DNA from: an uncultured virus (IMG/VR IMGVR_UViG_3300032298_000389)
Taxonomy: Duplodnaviria > Heunggongvirae > Uroviricota > Caudoviricetes
IMG/VR virus record: IMGVR_UViG_3300032298_000389
Length of the DNA: 59,979 nucleotides
Strand: one strand, 5' to 3'
The notes under the pieces were generated by a model. The model worked only from the letters and a program-made list of their open reading frames with translations. It ran no database searches and was not told where the DNA came from. Numbering within the stretch: position 1 is the first letter of the stretch; each line of letters starts with the position of its first letter. Positions 1-9,700 of this stretch are shown here, piece after piece. The translations under genes were made by a program, and so were the position numbers.

Positions 1-2028
1 GAAAAATCTATAGAAGTAAATAATATAACCGTACCAAAAATAAATACATACAGTCCTGCAAAAGATCTTGTTGTTCAGACTATAAAAAATAATCTAAAAG
101 ATTATAATACAAGAAGACAAGTTGCGCAATCATTAAAAGATCTAGGTTATGTAGGTAAAGACTTTACTGGTATGGATGCATTAAAAGCTGCAAAGAGTGA
201 ATCAAGTATGAATAAACTTATGCAACTTGCTATTGATAATGATAGAACTGGTTATAGACAAGTTACTGGTGATATTATACCTATTGGTACAAATCTAGGA
301 GGTTATGGAAATAGAAAATATGATATGACCAAACAACACTTTGGTAGACCAATGTCTCAAATAGACCATATGAGATTAAGTGGTGTTGATTTTTCAGATC
401 CTTTATCTATTGCTGCTTATCAAGCTTCAACAGTACCTTTTGAACAATATGGTTATAGAGCTGGTATTGACAATGTACATCAAGGAGATGCTGTTTATTT
501 ATCATCTCTTCCTGGTCCAAATAAATATGGAAAATATCAATTTAAAATAACAATGCCTACTGATTTTAGTAAAGGAAATTGGTTAGATTGGTATGTACGA
601 GACATTATGGGTAAAAAACCATATATATTAAAAGAACCTTATATCATGGAAAATGGAATTCCTATGACAAGATCCACACCTAAACCAGGTGAAGTATTGT
701 TTGATTTAGGTGCATCCCAAGGAAAAAGTAAAAACTTGTTTGGTTCTAATAATATTCTTACAGGCAGTGGGTTACAAACAAGACGGTGGATTGGGAGTTA
801 TGGTACTAAATTAGGAGAGGTTGATCCTAATTTCCAATTTACAGATTTATTTAATATGAATACTGAACAATATAAACAAATGGAAGATTTTAAAGAATCA
901 TTAATAAAAGGATATAATACAGGATGGAGAGGTCAGTATAAAAGAGGTGGAGAACTTCCTAAAGCAAGGTATGGTTTTCCTGTTAAGTTAAATCAACCTA
1001 GACCAAAACCAAAACCACGTGAGCTTAATTTTAAAGACATGGTTGCTAATGCTAATTGGTTTCCAGATATATCAGGTAAAAAACTTCCTGCATTTAAGCC
1101 AAGTTCTGAATTTAGTGATGCTTATTGGAAAACATGGAATAGTTTACCACAAGAAGGTCAGCATAAAAAAATAAGACCAAACTTAGATCAAGCTACTAAA
1201 GATCTGGCAAAAAATATACCATTTGATAGTTTCTCACCGATAAGATTTGGCAATGAGTATTTACCAAAAGGTGAAGAATGGTATTATGTAAATCCTGAAG
1301 ATTATTATCCATTAATAAATTGGAAAGAGTTAGGACTTAAAGATGCAAATGAATCATTGAATAAATCATTTGAAAAACTTCCTGCATATGGTTCTGATAC
1401 TTTTAAAGATGTAGGAGACTTTGACTTTAAACCTTGGTCAGATGGTTGGGAGGTAAGAAATCAAATGATGAATGCATTTGATGGACCACAGTGGGCTGCA
1501 TCAGGAAAAGACTTCTTTAGTAGACTTGAATTTAATGATATGCTAATGAAGCAGTTAGAGTATGATATGGCAAGGATGAAGTTTGATGATATACTATGGA
1601 ATACTGGTAAATTAGATGATTATGTACAAAGTGTTAAGAATACAGAACAAGGATTACCTCCTTTTGATCCTGAACTTTTTTCACATTTATTTCCGGATGT
1701 AGGTATGCCTAATTGGAGATCTAAATTTACTAAACCTGAACAAGAAGAGTATTTAAAAAACTATGTAGGTGGTTATAACTCAAGTGTAGCTAACAAAGGT
1801 TTATTAAGTGAGAGTGCTTTAAAAAATATAAACTTTGGAACAGAAAAATTACCAATATTAAATAATTTTAAATCCTCTACATTAAAGCCATTTAAAGGAC
1901 GTGATGCATGGAATCAAATAACCTCTGAACCAGGATATAAAAATAAAAAGGGTGGAATAAGTATGAAACTATCTAAGTCTGAAATAGACAAGTATGTTAA
2001 AGGTGGTTACATAGTTGAAGAAGAATAA
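1..2028 (+). CDS. Putative virion cargo/internal protein, 5' partial
   Basis: The frame of the 172..2028 ORF is open from base 1, so the start lies upstream of the window. It carries YKRGG, LPKARYG, NKKGG and a C-terminal EIDKYVKGGYIVEEE motif shared with neighbouring genes. Confidence 0.7.
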   Translation, partial: EKSIEVNNITVPKINTYSPAKDLVVQTIKNNLKDYNTRRQVAQSLKDLGYVGKDFTGMDALKAAKSESSMNKLMQLAIDNDRTGYRQVTGDIIPIGTNLGGYGNRKYDMTKQHFGRPMSQIDHMRLSGVDFSDPLSIAAYQASTVPFEQYGYRAGIDNVHQGDAVYLSSLPGPNKYGKYQFKITMPTDFSKGNWLDWYVRDIMGKKPYILKEPYIMENGIPMTRSTPKPGEVLFDLGASQGKSKNLFGSNNILTGSGLQTRRWIGSYGTKLGEVDPNFQFTDLFNMNTEQYKQMEDFKESLIKGYNTGWRGQYKRGGELPKARYGFPVKLNQPRPKPKPRELNFKDMVANANWFPDISGKKLPAFKPSSEFSDAYWKTWNSLPQEGQHKKIRPNLDQATKDLAKNIPFDSFSPIRFGNEYLPKGEEWYYVNPEDYYPLINWKELGLKDANESLNKSFEKLPAYGSDTFKDVGDFDFKPWSDGWEVRNQMMNAFDGPQWAASGKDFFSRLEFNDMLMKQLEYDMARMKFDDILWNTGKLDDYVQSVKNTEQGLPPFDPELFSHLFPDVGMPNWRSKFTKPEQEEYLKNYVGGYNSSVANKGLLSESALKNINFGTEKLPILNNFKSSTLKPFKGRDAWNQITSEPGYKNKKGGISMKLSKSEIDKYVKGGYIVEEE

Positions 2029-2070
2029 ACTTTAAAAGTTTATTGATTAAATTAATTTTTAGTATATTTA
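2026..2070 (+). promoter_or_regulatory. Putative phage (late) promoter: palindrome TAAACTTTAAAAGTTTA plus TATATTTA core
   Basis: Palindrome at 2026-2042 and a TAnnTTTA core starting 37 nt later (2063-2070). The same architecture and spacing recur at 10203-10247. The core resembles the Bacteroidota -7 element TAnnTTTG. Confidence 0.6.
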
Positions 2071-2085
2071 TATATAACACATTGT

Positions 2086-5000
2086 ATGAAAAAGTCTGTA
2101 AGAATAAGAAAAGCTGGTCCAGGTGAAACTCCAGGATACTATAACAAGACTGCAAAATTCTTAGATAAAGCACTTCCAAAAGCAAAAGTAGGAATGCAAG
2201 TGGGTAATGGTCTTCAAGATAAATTGCAGGTTATTATGCTTGATACATATTCTTCTGTTAGAGATGGTAATGATCCTCAAGAAGTTTTTAGAAAATTATT
2301 AATGGAGTATGGTATGCCACAAGAAATGGCATATAAAATCATGCAAACTGTTATGCAAAAACTTGCACAAGATGGTTATGCAGATCCAGCTAGTCTACAA
2401 GAAGATGAAGAAGATCAAGTAGCTCAAGCACCTCAAGAACAATCTGAACCTTCAGCACCTATGATGCAAAATCAAAATCCAGGAACTCCAGATGAAGATG
2501 AACAACTTGCTTTATCAGAAGCAGAAGGAGATACAGGTTATGATGCAATGGATTATTATAATGATAGAAGTATGGAGGAACAAGAGCAACAAGAACTAAG
2601 TAAGTATGGTGGTCCACTTAGAAGAAAACTTAAACGAGCTCAACAAGGAATGCAGCAACCATCTCAAGAAGAGATGATGATGATGCAGCAAGGTCAAGGA
2701 CAACCTGAACAACAACAAGGTGGTGGAGATCAAATGCAACAAATAATGCAACAAGTTGGTCAAGCACTTGAACAAGGAGCTAAACCTGAAGATATCATTG
2801 CACAACTATTACAGGGTCAAATTCCACCAGAAGCAATCATGCAAATATTTGTTCAGTTTGGAATGGGTGAAGAACAAGTAGGACAAGTGATACAATCTGT
2901 TATGCAACAACTACAAGGTGGTCAAGAACAAATGATGATGTATGGTGGTTCTTATAATGATGGTGGTGAGTATGATAATTACTTTGATGAAGAACAAACA
3001 CCTGAAGATACTGTAATAAACCAATATTCAAATCCAGGACAATTAAGTATGGAACAAAAAGCTCCTATGTCTGTAGAAGCTATGTTACAAAGTTTTAATC
3101 TTCCTAGTAGTGATATGCAGACTCCTGACCTAAATGCATATTTACAAAGTGTATATAATTATAGAAATGTTGGTAGTGATGATATACCAAATGATTTACT
3201 ACCAATGTCACAAGCAATGTATGGTGGTTCATATGCAAGAGGAGGAGTTACTGGTCCTGGTAAAAAAGGAAGACGTAAAAAAAATAAAGAAACAACTACA
3301 CCTGTAGAAACTACAGTAGAAGCACCAAGAGTAGAACCTACAATAAGAATAGAACCACAAGAAGCTGCAGCAACAAAAGCTAATATTTTACAAAATTTAC
3401 AGAATGCATACTATACTAAAAATGCATTAGCACCAAAAAGAGGTGTTATGGGTACTGCTGCACAAGTACTAGGTACAGGTATTAATTATATTAGACCTGA
3501 AAATTGGGCAGAATCAAGTAAAGCATTTGGTCTTATAGGAGGTAGAGAAGGTGTAGAACCTGCTACTACAGCAACTAAAACTTATGAAGATATCTATAAG
3601 ATATTAAGAAATAAGGAATATAAACCAGAAACTCTTCAAAAGAATGAAGATGGTACATACAGTAGTGGTCTTGCATTTAACATGGGTCCACAACTATATG
3701 AAATGTTGAGCAAAGATGTTTTATTAAATCATAGTGTTCAAACAGGATTAAAAAATCATGGTTCTGTTCAATTAGAGTTTCCAACATCTAAAGTTCCTGA
3801 ATTAAACTTTTTAAGTTTACATAATGAAAAAAGTAATACTAAAATAAAATTAGTAAAAGATTCAGATGGTGCTCTTAAAATTCAATTGATTACTGATGTT
3901 AAAACTCCATTAAAAGGAGTTGATAAAAATACATTAACAATTAAAGATGAGTTTTTCTTTGATCCTGCTACAGAATCATTAATTGATACCAAAACAGGAA
4001 TGCCTTTAGAGATGATACAAAAGAGTTACTATAAGGGTAATGAATTAAATTGGTATAATCAATCAGGCACTTTTCCATTTACTAAAAAATATAAAAGTGG
4101 TTTAGATATAAGTAAGTATCCTGAAGTTGTATCTTCAGAACCTTTAAAACAAACTCCAGGGTCACGTTGGAATGCAGCATGGAATATGATAGGTAAACCT
4201 GCATTATTTACACCATATGTTTTACCATTTACTTATCCTGGATTTGCTGCAAGAAATAAATTCTATCCTGAATCAAATAAAGTTACAGTAGATTATTTTG
4301 GAAGACAAAGAGAACTTGGACCACAAGCACCTGGAGGAATGACATTTGGTGATCAACCATTTGGTACTCAATATGCAGATTATAATCTACAAGCCAATAG
4401 AAACTATCTTACAGGTAGAAACTTTATGATTGGTGCTGGATTATTAGGTGCTGGACTAGGTGCTGGTTATCTTTACTACAATAGAAATACAGGTGATATG
4501 GAAGTGGGTACTGAAGGTGCTCAAAGAAGACCATTTCAACCATATATTAAAGATAATTTTTCTGGTGCAGGTAGATCATTTGATACAACTGGTTTTGGAA
4601 TTAATATACCTATAACTAGAAAAGATTCAATGTATGTTTCACCTAGTGGTGATACTATTCATGATAAAGGATGGGGTGCACCAAAAGATGCTGACTTTAA
4701 ACATGGTGGAGCACATAAGAAGAAGTTTCTTAAAAGAATGCAACAAATGTTTGAACCTGGTGGAGAAGCACAGGATACTTCATTAGGAAAAGGTAGTAGA
4801 CTAGATAATCTTGATAGAGACGTTGCTAAAAAGAAGGAATGGGTTCCTTTTCTTAAACGACAATCTGACAAAGCTGCAAATGAAGAACTTTATAAACTTG
4901 TACAAAAATCAGGAGATCCTCAACTTATGAATATTTTTATGGGTGATGATCAATCAAATCAAGGAATGCAACAACCTATGTCAAATAATCAAATGGCAGA

Positions 5001-5958
5001 AGGTGAAGAAGGTGGTTTTGTAAATATGGATATGAATAATCCACTTACTAGATTTGTATATGGTGGTTATGATGAAGCTCCTGATTATTATGAATCTAAT
5101 ATGTTACCAGAAGCAAGTGATGGTATAGAAATAACTAACAGAGCTGGTCAAAATAGAATGGTGGCAGATGTTATGCCATTTGAAGAATGGGCCGAAGGTG
5201 AAAAAGATGATTTTGCAACAACTCATCCAGGTATAGATTTTGAAACTTGGAAAGCTGGAGATGAAGCTGGAGATGATTATCAAGACTATGCATCTTTTCA
5301 TCATAAATCACTTAATGAATATCAAGATTTTGGAGCTCCTGTATCTGCACCTTCATTAAATTTTAATCCAACAACCACTAATACAAATAACTGTGGTCCA
5401 GGAACTGTATGGATTGAAGCATATGGACAATGTGTTCCTATAATGAAAACAAAATATAATGCTAGAATGGTATCTGGAGAACCTGGTTTACAAAATATAA
5501 TTTTACCATGGAATCCTATATTTAAAACTAGAGGTTATAAAACAAAATATGGTGATAGGTTAACACTTAAAGATTTGCAAAAATATGCAGGTAAAGAGTT
5601 AGGTAATCCATACGCAACTTTAACTTATAGAAAAAACATGCTTTCTCCAAAAAGACAATTAGATATCTGGAATCCAGATGGAAAACTTTCTGAAGCTGAC
5701 ATGAAAGCATTAATGGATTATGGTGTAGGAAAAGGTTGGAATAAAAAAGGTTCTAAAAACAAAAGTAATAGTAGTGCTAACAAAGAAGAAAAAACTAAAC
5801 GTGAAAACAAAAAAGAAGGTCCACGTGAAGTAAAATTTAGTTCAGCTGCTGCAAAGTATAGACTTCAACAAGGATTTGATAAAGCTTTTGGAGCACCTAT
5901 AGATTATTATAAAAACTTAGGTAAAAAAATAATTAAACCGTTTACAAAAAAGAAATAG
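2086..5958 (+). CDS. Putative virion cargo protein (1290 aa), Q/M/E-rich, one GxxxG hydrophobic segment
   Basis: Long ORF with genome-typical codons, many [FYMA]xxGG motifs, a helical module shared with 6798..10205, and hydrophobic FMIGAGLLGAGLGAGYLYY near 4423-4479. Confidence 0.7.
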   Translation: MKKSVRIRKAGPGETPGYYNKTAKFLDKALPKAKVGMQVGNGLQDKLQVIMLDTYSSVRDGNDPQEVFRKLLMEYGMPQEMAYKIMQTVMQKLAQDGYADPASLQEDEEDQVAQAPQEQSEPSAPMMQNQNPGTPDEDEQLALSEAEGDTGYDAMDYYNDRSMEEQEQQELSKYGGPLRRKLKRAQQGMQQPSQEEMMMMQQGQGQPEQQQGGGDQMQQIMQQVGQALEQGAKPEDIIAQLLQGQIPPEAIMQIFVQFGMGEEQVGQVIQSVMQQLQGGQEQMMMYGGSYNDGGEYDNYFDEEQTPEDTVINQYSNPGQLSMEQKAPMSVEAMLQSFNLPSSDMQTPDLNAYLQSVYNYRNVGSDDIPNDLLPMSQAMYGGSYARGGVTGPGKKGRRKKNKETTTPVETTVEAPRVEPTIRIEPQEAAATKANILQNLQNAYYTKNALAPKRGVMGTAAQVLGTGINYIRPENWAESSKAFGLIGGREGVEPATTATKTYEDIYKILRNKEYKPETLQKNEDGTYSSGLAFNMGPQLYEMLSKDVLLNHSVQTGLKNHGSVQLEFPTSKVPELNFLSLHNEKSNTKIKLVKDSDGALKIQLITDVKTPLKGVDKNTLTIKDEFFFDPATESLIDTKTGMPLEMIQKSYYKGNELNWYNQSGTFPFTKKYKSGLDISKYPEVVSSEPLKQTPGSRWNAAWNMIGKPALFTPYVLPFTYPGFAARNKFYPESNKVTVDYFGRQRELGPQAPGGMTFGDQPFGTQYADYNLQANRNYLTGRNFMIGAGLLGAGLGAGYLYYNRNTGDMEVGTEGAQRRPFQPYIKDNFSGAGRSFDTTGFGINIPITRKDSMYVSPSGDTIHDKGWGAPKDADFKHGGAHKKKFLKRMQQMFEPGGEAQDTSLGKGSRLDNLDRDVAKKKEWVPFLKRQSDKAANEELYKLVQKSGDPQLMNIFMGDDQSNQGMQQPMSNNQMAEGEEGGFVNMDMNNPLTRFVYGGYDEAPDYYESNMLPEASDGIEITNRAGQNRMVADVMPFEEWAEGEKDDFATTHPGIDFETWKAGDEAGDDYQDYASFHHKSLNEYQDFGAPVSAPSLNFNPTTTNTNNCGPGTVWIEAYGQCVPIMKTKYNARMVSGEPGLQNIILPWNPIFKTRGYKTKYGDRLTLKDLQKYAGKELGNPYATLTYRKNMLSPKRQLDIWNPDGKLSEADMKALMDYGVGKGWNKKGSKNKSNSSANKEEKTKRENKKEGPREVKFSSAAAKYRLQQGFDKAFGAPIDYYKNLGKKIIKPFTKKK

Positions 5959-5959
5959 T

Positions 5960-6787
5960 ATGTATAACAAAAAAGCTTTAAGAAGATTTTTACCAGGTGG
6001 TATTAATGACGGTGGTGGATGGGATTTTCCTAGTGGAACATTCCGTCCATTTGATTTAGGTACTGGTTTAGGAAATAATCTTGGTTCTAATACAAATGGT
6101 TATCCAAATACAAGACAAGGTAAACAAGATGAAATTTTTGCTGCAGGTTTAGGATTAGGAGATGCACCATCTGCAATACCTCAACCTAATAGAAACATAC
6201 CTACTAATCCTTTTGCAAATATAACTGCAACAGGAACTGCATCATATGCTGATCTTGATCCTGAAACTGGAAAGACTGTAGATGCACATGGTGAACCTTT
6301 TAAAAACTGGACTCCTGTTACAGGAGAAGATAAAAAAGAAGAAGAATCAGACTTAATTATACAAGAAAAAAGAGCTAAAAGATTAGGTGCCTTTGGTGGA
6401 GAAGAGTTTGTAAATGTTTTTAATAATGTTGGTATAAGATATCCATTAGGTATTGCTAACAGAAGGCAGATGAATAAACAAAACTATCAACTAGAACTTG
6501 ATAATCAAGATCCTACAAAAACAGTAGGTTCTACTAATCAAATAGATGAGGGTGATTATGTTGCTTATGGACAAAGAGTAGGTATGTATAGAGACCCTTA
6601 TGCTGGTCAAGATAGAAATAGTAGATCTACTTTTGGTAACTTTGCTGGAGATACTGTAGTATCTAAGTATGGTGGATTTATGCAAGATGGTGGATCTAGT
6701 GGTTATAAAGTTGGTCAAACAGTAGAAATGGAACCATGGGAGCTAGAACAATTTTTAGCTGCAGGTGGTGAAGTAGATTATATTTAA
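5960..6787 (+). CDS. Putative virion cargo protein (275 aa)
   Basis: Starts 1 nt after the previous stop. It has SKYGG and MQDGG motifs, and its C-terminus ELEQFLAAGGEVDYI parallels that of the first ORF. Confidence 0.7.
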   Translation: MYNKKALRRFLPGGINDGGGWDFPSGTFRPFDLGTGLGNNLGSNTNGYPNTRQGKQDEIFAAGLGLGDAPSAIPQPNRNIPTNPFANITATGTASYADLDPETGKTVDAHGEPFKNWTPVTGEDKKEEESDLIIQEKRAKRLGAFGGEEFVNVFNNVGIRYPLGIANRRQMNKQNYQLELDNQDPTKTVGSTNQIDEGDYVAYGQRVGMYRDPYAGQDRNSRSTFGNFAGDTVVSKYGGFMQDGGSSGYKVGQTVEMEPWELEQFLAAGGEVDYI

Positions 6788-6797
6788 TATATCTCAA

Positions 6798-9700
6798 ATG
6801 ATAAAGGTTAGAATAAAAAAATTACCAATAGCAAGAACTGGATATCAAGTTCAAGGTGCTTTAGCAAATGATGTTCCTGCAATGGGAGGAGCAGATTATA
6901 ATGCATATATTGGTAAACCAAAACTTCGTGAAAGTAAATATATCACTGCTGTCCCTAGAGAAGAAGCAAATCTTGAAGCAGAAGGAGGTGAAACAGTATA
7001 TGGTGATATAAATGGTGATGGGTTTCCAGAACATCAAATCATCAAAGGACCAAGACATCATAGTGGTGGAGTTCCATTAAATCTTCCTGATGATACTTTT
7101 ATCTTTAGTGATACTAGAGGTATGAAGATAAAAGATCCTGAAATTCTTGAAATGTTTGGTAAAGTTGGAACAAAGAAAGCATATACTCCAGCTTCTCTTG
7201 CTAAACAATATGATATACAGAAGTACAGAAAAATTCTTGAAGATCCTGAGTCAGATCATTTAGATAGAAAAACAGCTGAGTTAATGATTAAAAAGTTTGT
7301 CATTAAACTTGGATGTCTTGCACTTGCACAAGAAGCAAAGAAAGGTTTTCCTCAAGGTATTCCTGCAGTTGCAAAACCTTGTATGGAGGCTAAAGGTATT
7401 ACTGAAGAAGATGTAACTCCAAATAAAGAAATTGCAGCACTTTCTAATCAAATAAAAAGTAAGTATAAAATTGATGCAAATGCTGAAGAAACAATGGAGT
7501 CAGAAGAACAATCTGATGATATTGCTGCAGCAGAACAAATGAATCAAGGTCAACCTGTTGCTCAACCTACAGAACAACAAATGCAACAACCTTCACCAGA
7601 AGAAATGATGATGTACGGTGGTGGTTATAGAAGATTAAGAAGAGCACAAGAAGGTATAGAACAAGTTCCTGAAGAAGAAATGATAGAAGAACCACAGCAA
7701 GAAGGTGGTAATCAAATGATGGAAATTGTTCAAGAAGTTAGTGCTGCATTAGAACAAGGTGCCGATCCTCAAGAAGTTATTGCAAGTCTTTTACAAAATG
7801 AACTTCCTCCTGAAGCTATAGTAGAAATATTTATGCAATTGGGTGCTTCAGAAGAAGAGGCTGTTGGTCTTATTCAAGAAGTACTTCAAGAATTACAAGG
7901 TGGTGGACCAGAACAAATGATGTCTGAGGAAGGACAACAAGCACCCCCTATGGCAATGTATGGAATGTCTATGGGTGGTTATGATATGCCATTCTATGAT
8001 GAACCAGAGTATAATGAAGAAGATATTCCTGAAGCAGAGTATGGTATGGCTATGGGATCTGGTATGTCTCAAAACTATCAAGGTAGACCAAAACCTATTC
8101 CCGGATCCGGACCAATGTTCCCACTCCCTAAAGCAGATGATGGTAAAATAATAAAAAGATCTGATTATCCTGATGAAGCATCTTTTGAAAAAGCATTGTT
8201 TGATGCTGATTTACAAAGACAAAGTGGTGCACTTAAAGGAAAAATTCAAGTTATAGATTCTTCAGGTAAAACAAGAACTTTTAAAGGATTTAAAAAAGAA
8301 AGAGCTGAGGGTTATGGTAGTATAGATATTAATACATTTGGTGGAGATACAGATGCTGCAAAACGTGCAGCAGCACAATATTACATTGTTAGTGAATCTA
8401 TAAAAGATGATAAAGTAAAACAGCAAATAATAAATAACACAAAAGCTGCTCTTGCAAATGAAAAACATTTTAGAGGTAAAGGATCAACTGGTCCATCAAG
8501 CAATTGGACTGATAGAGGTTATGCAATGCCTACAGATCAACAAATTATAGATAACTTTTTACAACATCAAGAACGAAATCTTAAAATACAAGGATATGGT
8601 GTTGATCCTGAAATGTTTAATGATATTGGTAATGGTTTTAGAAGTTGGAATAGTTTTAAAACTAATGTAATTAATGGAACTGGTAAAAAAGTAATAAACC
8701 CAGCAACAGGAACACCAATAACAAATGAAGCTGAATTTAATGCATACAAAAAATATTTAGCAACAAATTTTGGAGGAAGTATTAATGGTTCTGGTGTGCC
8801 TTCATTATCATTGATGCAGGTATCCAATAAAATTGGTGAACCATTTGAGAGTGATACTAAAACTAGAGCATTACAACAAGCAACATTTCATGGTTATGCA
8901 TTAACTATGGAAAATTATGATAGTTATGATGCCGATACAAAATATGCATTAAGAAATTTAAGAGGTGATTTACAAAGAGGTGTAGATGATGAAACATCTA
9001 TGTCACCTTTATTTCCAAAACAAAAAGGAATTAGAATTTCTCCTATTGATGATTTCTTTGATCCTTCTTCTTCTGTATATGGTAATACAACATCAGGTCA
9101 CTTAACAGGTGCTATAAGAAATACAGTAGAGTATGAAACAGATCCAAATAATCCACCATGTCAATGTGATGATGAAACAAAACCTGATTATGGTAAATGG
9201 GATGAGACACAAAAGAAATGTAATCCAGAATTATGTAGTACATCATCAGTAGTTAAAAAGAAATGTCCTTGTGTAATCATTGATGAAAAAACAGGAGAAA
9301 AAACTACTATAGAACAAGAACCTGTAAATGGTGAATGTCCTCCATGTGAAAAAGATGAAGATATTGATATTGAAGGACCTCCTGCAGAATGGTGGTTACA
9401 AGATACAATTAAAACTACTGGTGCATTTGGAGATCTAATGGGTGTTAAAAAATACATGCCGTGGGCACCTGCAGTAGAGTTACAAAAACCAAGACCTACT
9501 TTCTTAGATCCTACTAGAGAACTTGCTGCTAATGCAGAACAAGCAAACATCCAAACCCAAGGTATGGCACAGTTTGCAGGACCTCAAGCACTGTCTGCAA
9601 GATCATCTGGTATACAAGGTCAAGCTGCTAAGAATGCTGCAGATATACTTTCTAAGTATAACAATGCTAATGTTAACATAGCAAATCAATTTGAGTTAAA

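Noticed and set aside
240..720. Possible ADP-ribosyltransferase-like R-S-E pattern (GYRQV, VYLSS, GEVLF) in the first ORF
   Set aside because: The motifs are too short and loosely spaced to support without a profile or structure search.
2640..2950. CAA/ATG-rich stretches as a possible DNA repeat array or CRISPR
   Set aside because: They are explained by Gln/Met-rich coding sequence, with no constant repeat-spacer periodicity.
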